A stretch of 64,000 nt of DNA from Amoebophrya sp. A120 (GCA_905178155.1 CAJINV010000003.1:10726298-10790297); one strand, 5' to 3'. Positions 50,301 to 63,860 are shown, counted from the first letter of the stretch. The notes: generated by a model from the sequence alone, not told the origin. Numbers and translations are program-made.

Positions 50301-51231
50301 AAGTTTTTTCACACGATCATACACGAAGAAGGGGAGCAACGACCCGGCGACTGGTTGCCAAAGCGAAGAAGATAAAATAGATGGCGGAGGTGATGCCAAA
50401 GAAGAAGAACCCACTCTGTTAGTTTCGGCGTTGGGAAAGAAATCCACATACCTATCCTCCACCCCAGTTACTGAGAAGCTGACACAATACCTGACAACCA
50501 ATACCGGGCTGCCCGGAGAACCAGCAACAGGCGGTGGCGCATCAGGTGAAGAGAAGCACCACGACGGTGGAACAAAACTCGAGGGGATCGTTGCCTGCTT
50601 CAAGCCCGAGCAGGGCTTTGCGTCGCTGTATCCGGACGTGATAGGGGGAAATTTGGTGCCGGGAAAAGACAACCAGGTGGTGAGAATGGATGGTGAGAAA
50701 GTGGACGTTCCCAACGCCTTGACCCGCACGGCTTACCACTTGTTTTCTTCCAACGGGCTACCAAAGTGGGCGGAGTACTCGTGCGAAGACTTTGCAAGGG
50801 ACAAGAGCTTGCTCGGGAGAATTTACCGCTCCGCGTTGGGGTTAACGGAAGATACGAAAAACAACGAACAAGACAAAAAAACTTTGGAAAGAATCTGTGC
50901 GCGGGACATTTTAGCGGAAGGAGTGCTGACCAAATCGGCCACTAAGAACCCTGACCTGCTCTTCCCGGTGCTGGACAGAATGGAGATTGACAAAGGAAAA
51001 CTGACGAGCGGCTTCGGCAGCACCTCCGCGGAGAAAAGTGACACGACAGCTGACGAAGGTCGAGTGGATGAAGAAGACGACGATATGTTGTATCAAATAA
51101 ATGTTTATATGTTTGGGTCTGCAAGAAAACATCAAAAACTAAAATACATTTGCCATGCAGTTTTTGCATATCCGCACAGGGCTTGGCGAATTCTGCGACT
51201 GCGGAGGCTTCTCCATACCAAACCAGCATGA
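44388..51231 (+). CDS. Large multi-domain glycosyltransferase (GT34/77-like + GT8-like + GT32-like), at least 4 exons
   Basis: Three DxD modules: SLDADAAL..NTGFLL..NDQVCL; FIRLNSF..YDAIAYYDRDV..NVGFFALKP..GQGYF..WNYQ..HHKP; AAKSDLVRYGLLYHQGGIYLDGDF. N-terminal hydrophobic anchor. Downstream exons ~49203-49295, ~49742-50008 and ~50325-51090. Confidence 0.8.
48965..49197 (+). mobile_element. Non-canonical introner in the glycosyltransferase gene
   Basis: TAC...ATA termini, TGCAAAC/GTTTGCA inverted repeat, perfect direct repeat GCGGC. Removal gives CRGRAA-PESSSG in frame. Confidence 0.85.
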
Positions 51232-51480
51232 ACATAATTCACTTCCGTGGACGAGACAAAAATCGCGTAATAGCACCTTTTGCTCGCGAAGCAATTCAGA
51301 TGAACTCTACCTGTTCCAGAAATCATTTCCACAACACTTCCAGACCCAGACATCTTTGCATGGGACATGTTGGGTACTGAAACAAGGTCTCCTTGCTCTG
51401 GGACGACGAGTACTAGAAGTAGTAGCTCCAGCGCGACTATGCACTTCAAAAGCATCGCGCAACTAGTACACGACATCGAA

Positions 51481-54200
51481 TTACGAATTTCCTCGAACGA
51501 AATTGCAACTTGAACTTGTGATGCTAGATAGGGTAGAAAAGTCAATCACAATCTGTGGCTGTGAAGATGCTGCAGGACTGCAATTACCTGGGACGAGCGC
51601 GATACTTTTGCGGAGGATAGCGACGTCCTTAGCGGAGACTTCGCGATGGCACTTGAAGTTGCGTGTGCAATCTCTGCAGGACGCAATTTGGTGGCGCAGC
51701 GATGTTCTGGCCGGCGGTAAAAATGACCACAGTAGTGAACATCGTGGACATGTTTGATAACAACCAGAACAAGGACCACCGCCCAACCTTTCCCCCGAAA
51801 GCTGTTTCCTCGATTGATGTGGCAGCACCAGCCGTGGTAGTGACGAGGAAGCCGCGCACAGATGCCATATAGACCTTCCTCCCGGGGAATAAAGCTGGGT
51901 CCTCCATCGATGTGGCACATCACAGATATCATACCAAAGAGGGAAATCAGCCCCCTGCTCTTTGTTCTTCCGCGCAACACATAGGAGAATGGCAAGCTCT
52001 ATGGAGTTTCTGTGATCTTGCGATAGGAGATGGCGCAGCCCCAGAAGATCTGGTCTTGCGCGTTTTCGGGTCATTTTGAGGTGGCCCAGCGAGCCATTTT
52101 TCCGGATTTGTTTCTTTCAAAGATAGATCAGGTTTTTGAAAATATCCACCGAAAATTTCTCCTCCTCCTCCAAAACGCATTTTTTTTGTATTGAAAAATA
52201 CCAAAAGTTCAGGCATCGAAAAAAAAAAAACTCAGGTATGACCACGAAGCGCATGCTGATCTCATGTGTGTGAGTTTCTCTAATATGTGTTTGTTTAGTT
52301 GTGCCCCATTTTAACTAGCTACAGTTTCTGGTAGGTGTAGGTGGACGACGCCGCATCGAGACTGCACATCCGCGACTGGGTCTGGTGATGCCCTCTGGCC
52401 CCATCAAGCGTCGCGACAAGCGGCTCGCTTGTCATCTCGTCTTCAAAAAGCTTGGGAGCCAGAGTCTGGTAGTCAATTTCGTCCTCGGGGATCTCGGATT
52501 TCAGGACTTGCAGCAGGGACTGGTGTGGTCTTGCCCGCACGCGCCGGAGTGCCACGAAAGCGACCGGCTTGCATTTTACGCTCCACAGAGCGGTCTCCAT
52601 GTCGCCCTGCCATCGTGTGGCGACATGAGAGGAGAGGGAGGGGCCTGGGAATTGATTGGGAAAAATTGATGCGGTGATGCAACGTCGCCACTTTTAGCCG
52701 TGGCCGTATCTCTGCAGGAGTGGTTGGTGAAGGTTGAGCCAACTTTTTTCTCATGGCAAATTCACAGCTGAAAACGAGTCCACTTTTCAGCTGGAGGAGA
52801 AATTTAGCACGACCTAACGGCCTTCAAAAAATTTCTCCTCCGCACTTTCTCTAAAAGAAAATCGAGAAAAACAAGTGGAGGAGAAATTTTCTGAAGGCCG
52901 TTAGGTCGTGCTAAATTTATCCTCCAGTCCAAAAGCGATCTCGTTTTCGGCTCGAAAAAACCAAAAAAAGAAAGCTGACGCAAGTTTTTCGACCAACCCC
53001 GGGACCTTTTTTTCTTGGAGTTGTTTTGTGTCCGTCCTCGTCAGCGAGCTATCGCAGGCGAGGCGCGGCGCCTGCAGATGCGCGGTCGCGGACCCGCAGG
53101 GCGGATATTTACTGTTGTGCGTGCAGTCACATAAGTCGCAAAATTCTGGGATTGGACGTGGCACAGTCTAGGGGGCCCAAAAGTGAATCAACTCCAAGAC
53201 TCGCTCGAAGCGCCTCGAGGGCCGACGCCGAGCCAGCTGCTCTGCGTATTCCTTCTGAATGACGAAGCGCTTTCTCGCACTCTCGCATCAAGCGTTGCGA
53301 CATGGCTTGGGGCCAGCGACGTTGCTCAGCCGGGAAGAGCTGCCTCCGATGGTGGCGCTGGGTTCCTGTATGCAAAACCTATCAGAAACTCGAGCTAGTT
53401 AACATAGAGAAGGGGCACTAAGTACGTAGGGTTTTCTAACATGGCGACGATAGCCACATGATTTTGCCATGCATATTGCAGGAAGACTACAAAATTTTTT
53501 GAAATTGATGTCGTTTTTTTCGTTTTTTTGCATGGAAAAAAATGGCATTTTGGAGGAGGAGGATAAATTTTGTGTGGATAGAAAACAGTTACATTAAATC
53601 ACTCGACTCCTCGCCACATCTCCATTTCGGACCTTTTACTTGTAGTTGTAGCCCTCACACTCACTTACAGCCAGGATCTTCTTCGTCGAAGGGGGGGCGC
53701 CGAAGTTTTACAGGCGGACTTCGCCTTCGTCTTCCCCTTGCAAAAAGGCACGGCTTCGCTTCCTTCAGGTCGGTGCCTCTCCACCCGCGTTCGCGCGATG
53801 CGTCAGCTTTCAAGTCCCAAGCTGTACTTTTGTAGGATAACCAAAGAAAAAGATCTAAACAAAAATAATAAAGACAGGCTACATCCCTTAACTGCAGACA
53901 TCGCAGACGCTAAGTAAGTAGGCCGTTGTGTTGCTTGCCTACGTATGAATGTAAGATGAGTTGACGTAGTTGAATATTATCCAAAGACAAAAGCAACCGT
54001 TTCCAGATTACAGCTTCCAAGAAGAATTCCAGGCTTCGCTTTTCTTTGCGGACTGGTCGACAAAGAAATGGCAATGTGCCGCGCTACACGATGGAGTTGG
54101 AGACACGGGCCATGGCGATGGCTTCGCCCGGTGGAATAAAGTCGCCACCTTGTATTTTGCAATGATTTTGTTCGTTTACTACCTCTGGTGCCTGAGTCCT
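51481..54200 (-). CDS. Possible multi-exon hypothetical gene
   Basis: Coding-like GC-rich blocks at ~52320-52650, 53030-53370 and 53670-53820 separated by AT-rich repeat-bearing spacers. No model completed. Confidence 0.3.
52791..52927. repeat. Foldback element with ~50-bp arms
   Basis: 52791-52841 is a near-perfect reverse complement of 52877-52927. Each arm is itself bounded by GGAGGAGAAATTT / AAATTT(C/A)TCCTCC. Confidence 0.9.
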
Positions 54201-54855
54201 GAATGGGACGCTGTTGGAGTATAGAAAAGCAAGACGAACGACAGACACAGAGCAGTAGCAGTTTACAAAAAAATATCGTGACATGTCCGAATATTAAGAT
54301 TAAAATACGATTGCCAGTTCCTCGTTGCAGTTGCTCTGAGTGTGAGTGTGCGAAATACTTCGCGTCAAAAATACCAGTATAGAAAAATTAACTCTGACCT
54401 CCTTCGAATGTCTCTGTTGGTCCTCGTCGTCCGGGTGGGCAGGTGTTGTCTAATTTTAATTGTGGCCACCTGGATTTATTCGTCTTGAAGAAAACTGCGA
54501 GTGCCATTGTCCGAGCGGTACTTATGGTTTTGAGTGGGCGTGCTTGAGATGTCGGGAGATTTTTCGCAGATGGACGAGTGAAGACGATGATGAGATGGTG
54601 AAGAATTATGACAACCCGTCCGTAGTCAAGAAACAGAAACGCAAAGCTCTCTACAGGTTTTTGCTCCGCGTCATGGTGCTCGTCCTGCTGCAGGCACTAC
54701 AATTTGCATTGCAGGATTGCTAGGTAGAAGTTCAACGAATCTTCGACGACGCGATGAAAATTATGTTTGCATACATAGTAGTTTATTTCATTGAGGGGCA
54801 CTAAATTGAGAAGAAAGGCAACTTAAATCCAAAATCAGAGGCACAGATTGACATC

Positions 54856-55857
54856 ATGACGAGCTCGTCCGCATCTTGTCGCACCTTTTCGCTCTCCCTG
54901 ACGGGCCACCTTGGCCGCCATGGTTCTCCGCCACCCGCGGCGTTGATGAGTAGTGGGCTCGTCGCTGTGACAAATAATGCTAAAGACGCCGATTTCACCC
55001 AAAGTGCAGTCGAACACTTGATGCACGATCGGATTATGGATGCGCAGCAATGGATTCGAGGCTCTCCTTCGCGCCGGTCGTTTGCACTCACTCGTCAGCA
55101 AAACAGCTCTCCCTCGCCAAGACCACGCGGAGAACAAATACCTACCTCTTGTTCTACGCAGCAGCAGCTCGAAAACAACCCTGCTGTTCGGAGCACATTG
55201 GCCCCGCAACGAAGGCGCAAAAACATGGGGCGCCCTATGGGCAAGGGCGCTTATCTGCGCTACCGACCGCAATCTCGTGGCAGAACGTCAGGAAGTTTCG
55301 GCACACTGCATGATCCGCACCCTGAGGCGACTTGTCACGACAAGCAGATGACGCGCCTCCTTCAAGCTCGGCAGCGGCGCTTGAAATTTTTAGAAGTGCA
55401 AAATGAGCTCCTTCGACATGAAAATCACCGGCTGCATGCGCACCCTCCGGTGACGGACTTCGCCCTTCGCTGCGGCAGGGATTACGAGACTTCAGCGCTG
55501 TCGGACCGAGTCCTACGAGCGTGGGTCGCACGCCCAGATGATGCGCTCTTTGCAACGGAGAAGAACCTCCTGCACGAACGGTATTACCAGCAACCCAAGG
55601 GCGACTATAGGAAGCGTCGGGGGCTGGCCCCCGATTTCGACAAAATGCACGCACGGGACCGGCGCCGGAAAGCAGAGGCCAAGAAACAACACGAGATCTG
55701 GCGCGACACCACCATTGCAGGAGGTGGTCCGCCTCGGAACGAATTAAATCTAAATCAGGGAAAGTCGTCCAAAGTTGTGAAGCGAAAGTTCACAGTCGAT
55801 CAATTGCCTGTCTATCTACAGGCACCAGAACTAATGCAATACGTTTGCTGCGATTGA
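54856..55857 (+). CDS. Hypothetical protein, 333 aa
   Basis: Uninterrupted ATG-started ORF with basic/coiled-coil segments; no family recognised. Confidence 0.6.
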   Translation: MTSSSASCRTFSLSLTGHLGRHGSPPPAALMSSGLVAVTNNAKDADFTQSAVEHLMHDRIMDAQQWIRGSPSRRSFALTRQQNSSPSPRPRGEQIPTSCSTQQQLENNPAVRSTLAPQRRRKNMGRPMGKGAYLRYRPQSRGRTSGSFGTLHDPHPEATCHDKQMTRLLQARQRRLKFLEVQNELLRHENHRLHAHPPVTDFALRCGRDYETSALSDRVLRAWVARPDDALFATEKNLLHERYYQQPKGDYRKRRGLAPDFDKMHARDRRRKAEAKKQHEIWRDTTIAGGGPPRNELNLNQGKSSKVVKRKFTVDQLPVYLQAPELMQYVCCD

Positions 55858-56607
55858 GATTGAGTATGAGTAGTATGACGACAAACAGGCTCTTGTGTTT
55901 TTTCTTTTGTATCTGAGCCACACATCACCTTAGTGATAAATGTGCTCTGGTCGTGAATTATTATGATATAGAGTATGCGCCATCACCACCAGACGCCTCA
56001 GTCGTGAACTATAATCACGAGTACTACGTGCGAAAACCGAGATCATGTAGTACTAACTTAGCTGGCAACAGCAGTAGGGGGGCGTCACCGATTCCTCGTC
56101 GATGCAAACCATCAAGTTGCACGTAGTACTTCTACCTCTTGTCGCTCGTTTGTTGCTTTCCTCAAGGCGAAAGTTGCAGTCGTGTACGCGGCGAGAACCG
56201 CGACTGTGTGACCTCGTCGTGGTTCCGGCAAGTCCAGAAGTAAAAATAATGAAGCAGAAAGTAGATGCGGCGCTGTACTAAACGGACCGACAATCACATA
56301 TGAGTATCAACATGCAGAGTGGAGGTCGTGTGCTGAGTAGCTTGAGTTTGACGAGCAGGAGATCGTGAGAGAATCTTTTTTCTCGGAATCCGCCGCACTT
56401 GTCTACTCATTCTTCTTGCACTTGTTCTTCACGATGCAGAAGCAGATACTACTGGCTTCTAGCTGCGAAAAAACCGACTTGAACTTGATAAGAAGGATAA
56501 ATTGTATACACATTTGATTAGGCCAAGTAAGTCTTCTTGTTTGCCTAGTTTCTTGTTCGGCGGGCCAGCACAAGGCTAGCTCCACATACGTACTGAAGAA
56601 CAACACT

Positions 56608-58470
56608 ATGGAATCCGCCCAGCAAGACCCAATTCCTGCAGAGGGGGAGGACGCCACGGGTGCCGCGGCGAACTTGGGTAGCAGTTTGAAATTTCTTCTC
56701 GCTGATGCAGGTGCTGCAGTGGAGGAGCCAGAAAAGCCGGAAATACCACACCCAGAGCACGATGCGAGAGGGTACAAAAAAGTACTAGATAATGAATGAC
56801 TAACACAGAATACAGGCAGAAAGCTTGCTCAGCTACCTGTGCCGGTTCTATGTGTATAGATTTAGATTCCAGAACTCACTAATCAAACATTAGCGGCAGG
56901 CGCTAACAATATTCGATGGGCTTGCCCTGCTCTTGCCATTAAGCGGCATCTGAATCGAATAACGGCATCACCATCTGCCTGTGTCGTGTCATCCCCGTTG
57001 ATGTCACTCTAAGAAAAAGAATATATAGCGGATAAATGCTAATGCATTTCGGCTATCCGAGTCCTCAACAAGATGAAGATGATTCTGTTCCCATAACTTG
57101 CTCCCTCTAGTGTTAGTGAAAGTCGTGGATGTTGCAACTGTCTATCGATGGATTACTATTTCTACAAGGTACGTGAACGCCGTGTGCATGCAACACCTGA
57201 CGCCCGGCCTGGAAGCGCTCCTTCACGTAGCAAAAGAGAAAGGCAAACTTCCGCCACTCGGAGGCGCAGACACACCACTGCAGCCACGATCAGTATTTTC
57301 TACGCCAAGAATTCTTTAGCGTTTGTAATTTTTTATTTTTCCTGGTCATGTCTTACTTCGGACTTCGTACTGAACCTCTACTATTTCTTGGGAAGGGGTG
57401 GACACTCTGGGACCCTAAATGTAGCTGCTTGCCCACCTCCTGAACTTTCCAAAACGAAACCAGCCCGGCTGGCCACGGGTAGTGCCCTTGTGATTCGGGT
57501 TCTCAATAAGGTCATGCATAGACTTGATGCGCCGCGCAGGCAGAACCTGCGCGGTTTGCCATCACTTTCGCGAATGGTGTTTCGGGTCTCGGAGCTTGTC
57601 GCTCTCTAGTAATAAACAAAAATACGCTACAACTATCTTACGAGAAACTGTGACAGTGCTGAAGGCGGGAGATGAATCACGCACATAGAAGATCTACACA
57701 GGCGCCTTGCTAAGCTAGGGGTCGAGGACGTGGCTAGCCCCTCCAATTCCCATCTAGACCGATGGAAAAGAAAATGAAAATGAAAAAGAATAAGGGGCGA
57801 CGTGTTTTCTTTTTTGGACAAAGCGTTTTTTTCAAAATGCCAGCTCTCCTTTGTATCTCCTGCGACTGACTTCTCGTCTCTTTTGTCATAAGGTAGAAGT
57901 AACGGACGAGGAAGATGCAGGCGCTCAGGAGGACGAAGACACCAAGTTTGATCCCCTTCGTATGGGACTGTCAGGATGGATGTCGTTAAAATACAAATAA
58001 TTAATTTGTCACGCATAGAAGTAATACCAGGTGTTGCCCTCCATGCTCTAAGCGATGTATCGCAAATTTTCTAGACATGCAGGGCCAATGAATCTGTCGA
58101 GCTGTTAGCGTTAGGAGCCAAGGCAAGGGCTGTTGTCATGCTCTTCAGCACCAATCCCATCCATGAGTGAGCCTAGTCATGCTTATACTCTGCCTCGCTC
58201 AGTTGCCCTCAGAGCAGTACAAACGTTATTTTGTGTGTGTTGCATTTCTTTTCATGCGTAGTTGCATACATCCATTTTCATTTTGTCGATTTTCAATTTG
58301 ACGCTTCCATACTTGGGTGGCTATCGGATTACCTGCGTCAGTATGTCGACAAGCCGGGGAAATACAAAGAACTCTTCAACCAGCGATTGGCAGACGCACA
58401 GCGAGAGCAAATGGCACAGTCTGCTGGTTCAATAGCCGGGCCGGGGGCGGCGGGCGGGGCTGCCACCTGA
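56608..58470 (+). CDS. Small Dpy-30/RIIa-like dimerisation-docking domain protein, 3 exons
   Basis: Exons ~56608-56775, ~57173-57290 and ~58295-58470 give YVNAVCMQHLTPGLEALL...ILGWLSDYLRQ. The first intron is bounded by a GGTAC direct repeat and joins in frame. Confidence 0.6.
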
Positions 58471-60779
58471 GTAGGATAGTGCAGCAACGTGGCCGCGGAT
58501 CGTCCCCGCTAGTGACTCTAAGTAAATCACTCAAGCTCCTCGCAAACGAACATCTCAGCAACGGAAAAATGTTATATATAGCACTCTCAAGAACTTGAAT
58601 TTTCGTCCACACGTTGGTATTCAATTGTGCTGTTCTTATGTTTTTTTTTTTTTGGTGTTGTCGATTTCATCTATTGATTGCATCGAGTCGGTTCTGGCTG
58701 TCCTCGTCATGTTGAAATAGCGCGGCGCATACTTAAGCACACTAAAGCCTGCCCGTTCTTCACTATGCTGCATGATGAAGACAAGATTGATTACATCCGT
58801 GATGACAATTCGGTGGCCCAAAGTTTCCAACTATGAGATGATGCATGAAGACATGACTTTATCGCTATCCGTGATGACGATTCACCGGTTTCCCGAGGAA
58901 GGGTTGCCGTAGTTGCAGGTGCTCTCGTTTTCTCGAGAGCCGCCATGATTGTGTCGGTCGTGCATTTATTCGGTTAAAAGAACTACTGATAAGTGTAAGC
59001 TTTTTAGGTCGTGCAAAAATCGTTTAGAAAGTGCGCGAGGCGCTAGAATGATAAATTTTGAGATTGGTAGAAATGGTACGTGCACCAAAGGCGTCCGCAT
59101 TGTCATGCACATCCGCATCTCCCAGAACTACTGGCTTCGGTCGTGCAGCAATCACAACTAACTTTCGGTACGTATTAAAAATCGTTCTGCTTCATCATCG
59201 TCTGATACGTGCCTGTCTCATCATCGTTCGTGCAAAAAGAAGTACCACAATGATGAAAACAAATCTTTTGAAGAACAGCTTAAGTTGACATAGGGTTTCC
59301 CCGTTGCCCTTGCGTGTCGACTGAAGTTTCCCCTCCCGCCTTTAGTATTCACCTATTGCTGCATCGAGCAGCTATATTCACTTGTTTTACAACTTTTCAT
59401 TATCGATTTTGTGTAAAAAATTAAACCAAAAGGCGTTGCGTTTCGGCGCATTTTTAAGCGTAAGACTGCAATCCCTTGCTCCACAACCAATACCAGCACG
59501 ACGCGCGGAAGAGCAAAGAACTGTCAGAGTTTCTGATCTTCCGATTTCTGATTCTGACAGGCAACTAATATCAACAGCATGGCGCCGATAGTTAAGGCTC
59601 GCGGCTCTCAGTCAGGGGATTTGACTATGATGGGCGACGCACACTTGGCCTGGGAGTCCGTGGTGAAAGACCGTATCCATTGCAAATATGTCTGCTGGGT
59701 CTGGAAAAAATGAAATTTGTGATCGTTCTACGAAAACCTGTATTGCATGAGCAGCAGCAAAGAAATGGCACTCAGATTTTTGCTTGCCGGAGATTTCATT
59801 TCTCAGGCAGGATAGGCATGAGATTGAGAAAGTCTATGCGAAACCTGTAATGCTAGGGCATGCATCAGAGACAGTCCGAAGGAAGAGAGATCTCCTGCGT
59901 CCGACGCTGCTTGCGGCGACGGTGCAAGGTTTTCGATGTGGTGCAGTCGGGTATGCGTGACAAATTCCTCCAATCTTCCAGAGGACCCAGTAGACGTATT
60001 TGCACTTGATAGACCAAGATCACGGACACTTTCTGATCTGCGTTTACGACAAGATTGCGGATAAAGTGACGGTAAGTAGACAGAGGATGTTTAAATTTAT
60101 GAAGAGTGAAGATGTTGACTTGTCTTTCATTTATTTTCTTTCCTTTTTCATCTTGTCTGTGGGCGTCTACGTGCTTTTCGTTTTCTTTTGCAGATGCCCT
60201 CCGATTCGTAGTACTTCTTTCTGTTCACCGAATCATATGTAGTGAGGTCACGAACGTTCTAATCTAGCGGTTTTTTTGCCATGCATTACGCAAAACGACC
60301 GGCAGTTTTCAAGCGTGCGGAAGTGTTTTTGGACATAAAAGATTTCCATTTATCAAGCGGCCGGGGCCTTGCTGTCAAACAAGCGCGAGCGGATTCTATC
60401 GATTCACGCTTGACAAAACGACGCAAGGGAGCCGCCAAAAGGGGCGCCCTTCTGAGGCGCCCACCGCCTTGGTTTCTGGCGATTTGGGGCGCCCAAAAAG
60501 GGGCGCCCAAAAAGCAGCAGCACGAAAAAAACAGCAAATCCGCATGTTATGGGCCTCATTTTGGCCCACATTCGGGCCCCGCAAAAGACGCCGCCAAGAT
60601 CTGCCATTTCAGAGGCGGACTGAAGGCCAGAAGATGCGACTTTTCAACAAAAAAAACCCAAAGAAGCAAAGTGCGCAAAAATCTGAAAGCCAATCCGCAT
60701 GCCACGGGCCCGATTCGGGGCGCCCAAGGGGCTGGCCCAGGTGGGGCCATAGCATGCGGGGAAGGTTTTTTGTGTCTAA

Positions 60780-62630
60780 ATCAAATGGAGGCCAGCTCTG
60801 GATCGAGATTTTTAGCGACCGCCGTGCCGTCGTGCATAACATTACCCACGACGGCATGGCGGGCGGAGAAGTTGCGTCTTTTTTGGCGTGAAGACAAAAA
60901 GACCGCCATGACCTCACTACCTCCGCGGACGCGGCTATTAATGGTATTTTTTTCTGTACTTTGCAGCGATCAAAGAAACGTAAATACTTGAAAAAGAAGC
61001 CTTTGTCTTGTTTCAATAGATTGTTATTGTACAACCAGGTGCACAAGTCGGGTGTGAGTCCGGAAACGCATTCCTCGCACGATGTGATTGCGGAAGAGAC
61101 CCAGGCCCTGGCGGAGCAGGGTATTGCGACCTGGGGGGCCTATTCGTGGAAGGCGATCCAGGACATGCGGCCAGGGAACAAGACCCACAGCTACCACACC
61201 GCCTGCGTGTTGTGCATCCCGAAGAACTGCCCTTATCCAGAGCAAATATGTCTGAGTTTGAAGGACTGAAGAAGTAGTGGCGCGCCATGTATTTTTTAGA
61301 CCTGCAACAAGGTCTGGATCTGGAATGCACACAAAGGCAAAGCCAAAGCAGGACACAATTCTCGGAGGCTTCTCCATGCCTCGCGCGAATGAGAAATGCT
61401 CTCATCGGGAGACAAAAAACACGTGCTTTTTACTGCCTACTTTTCGAGACAGATTTTTGGGTGATTTAGACTCACACGCAGCTCAGCATCACATTACAAA
61501 CCCAGACATACTTGCATTGCATAGCCCCGATGCGGAGCTGATCCAGAAGATCAAGAACCGCGTCTGCCAGGTGGTGTTCCAGCCTTGCGACGTCTACATC
61601 GAGGTGATATCCTGAGTAAAATCGATGCCCGCCACCCCATAGTCATCAAGATTCTGGGAACTTTGCTACACATGATGTCAGCAAGATATGGCAGTTGCGC
61701 ATGACAAGCTCGGACGACTGGCAGTGAGTGTATTGTACGAGCTTAGCCTGTGTCACTGCCAGAGCCAGAAAGGAACTCGATCACCTTATCCTGATAAATG
61801 AGCATGCGACCATTGAAAGATCGTTACTAGAAAATTTCCAATCATGCTTCTCAACATGTCTGGCCTGGCCTGCCCCTGCGCATGAATGCGATTATGAGCA
61901 TGCAAATTTGGATGACAAGAAGAAAACAGCACGACAAAACTGGGGGCTAGGGAAGTTTTTGCACATGATAGGCGAACGATGCCACCTACGTGGACGATCC
62001 GGAGTTTTGGATGCGCAAGCGTGCGGTGCACCCGGAGAACGTATCCTCTGTAAATTTGTCTGGGTCTCGAAAGTTGTCATCCTAACATGTGAATGACCAC
62101 GATAAACCAATTCCTGGGACAGACTGGTGGTGCAGATGTGTAAATTAAAACTAATACTCATCAGCTGAGATGCAAAACAAATCAATTGTGGACCGCCGGT
62201 TCTTGCGGTGTAGTAGAACGTAAACGTTGTAACACGTGTGAGAAACAGGGCTGCCTCGGCATATTGACACGAGCAGTGCGACTGCCATCGCCGACATGAG
62301 CGATGGAAGATCGAACAAGTTCAGCATTTCCATTCATCCAGGACCAGGTCCACTTGCAACATGCTTCCAGCAGACCAAGAGGCACTATTTGCAGTTGATA
62401 GAACACCACCCATTGCGATTTTGGCGGCGGCCACGTTCACGCGCAGGAGGACTGCGCCCACACGCAACACGTCAAGGAGATCCAGGAGCGCAAGCGCAAG
62501 TCGGATACCATCAAGGAGGAGAGAAAAAGCCAGGTAGAACATCAACCTTAAGACGACGATGGCGCACAATTTCAAGTTCTTACAGAAGAAATGCACCGAC
62601 TGATCAGGATCAGCAAATGCAGCCGCTCTG
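60780..62630 (+). pseudogene. Fragmentary coding-like exons with stops; unidentified
   Basis: GC3-rich blocks at 61038-61232, 61523-61610 and 62410-62600 that do not assemble into an intact frame. Confidence 0.25.
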
Positions 62631-62903
62631 ATCATTTTTGTGATAGAAACGCCACTTCCTTACGAGGAGCATAGCCAACATGATTGGCATTTTTTTCCTT
62701 CGAACCCGGTGCTATCGCTAGTATTAGTAAAGCAAGCCAAGGCGGAGGCCAAATAAAAAGCTGATCCGCCGTCGATCTTATTTTTTCGGTAGCGCGAGAC
62801 GCCTCGCCCAGTAGCAGGAGTGAGTTCTGCTTGTTGTCACGATACTCATAAATACGTATTCGAAACATCCCGAACCATGAACATCAACTAGGTTGTGAAA
62901 ACG

Positions 62904-63568
62904 ATGGAAGACGAGCGGAAACGACGCGTGGAGCTGTGGCAGAAGGCGATTCGATTGGCGGAGGGGTTGCGCAAGAAAAATCAGCAGGCGGCGCTGCGGG
63001 CTATGGACGAGGAGCAAAAGAGGCGGGTGCACGAGGATGGTACCATTCCCTCCAATGGTCTATCAGAACCAAAAATCCCCCCTCCCCATATCAAAACGAA
63101 GTTTCTGATGCTGGATTTGCGTACACAAATCAGATTTATATTGCTGGCGAGGACTGCAGGCCAATATCAAGCCTGAGAAGACAGGCACAGGTTGTGGCCT
63201 AGGCGCTTTGCGTGACAGGCTTATACGCTGTAGGAGCATGAGCATGACAAAGCGCCTGTAGAATGCGGCTGAGCCTGTGGAGTTGCCTGCATGCAACACA
63301 GAGACGATTTGTGGTCGCAAATCAGCAACGCAAATTTTCGACAACGTACCTTGTCAATATGGGGAGGGGGGATTTTTCCTTTTGATATGGTCACGAGGAA
63401 CGCTTCAACAAGATCAAGACCGAACTGGTCGCGCACGAAGCGGAAGTGAAGGCCTCAAAGGCCCAGCGCAAGCACAGCAGTCGTACTATTTTGGACCAAG
63501 TCATGGAGCGACAACGAGAATTGGTTGAGATGTGGGAAGCGAAGGAGAAAACCATGGAAAAGCTGAGG
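62904..63568 (+). CDS. Coiled-coil protein, first two exons; probably continues beyond the window
   Basis: MEDERKRR...IPSNG joins HEERFNKIKTEL...TMEKL in frame after removing the 63061-63387 element plus 5 nt. Followed by a GTAT donor. Confidence 0.75.
63061..63387 (+). mobile_element. Non-canonical introner, short member of the 553-1451 family
   Basis: TATCA...TGATA termini, internal CCCCCTCCCCATAT/ATATGGGGAGGGGG inverted repeat, perfect direct repeat TGGTC (63056-63060, 63388-63392). Confidence 0.92.
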
Positions 63569-63860
63569 TATCTATAATTAAAAATACTTGTTTGATGCTC
63601 GTCCTCCTACACCGATCTTCATCTTCTGCCGCGCTCTTGCGCGGTTCGTGCGTACCTTGTATATGAATAACGCAACCAAGACCACGAACATTTGATTTAC
63701 TAGCTCGGGGGAAGGAATCTCTAGGGAAAATAGTGCGGTCGCAGGGGCGGGGGGGGAAGAGAAGAACTAGGCGAGGACGGGAAGGAGGGGCGACGGCGCG
63801 CGGGGTAGAGCGCGGGGTCGCTCATCGCAGAGTCTAAAGCTTGAGCGCGGTGCTCCCTTT

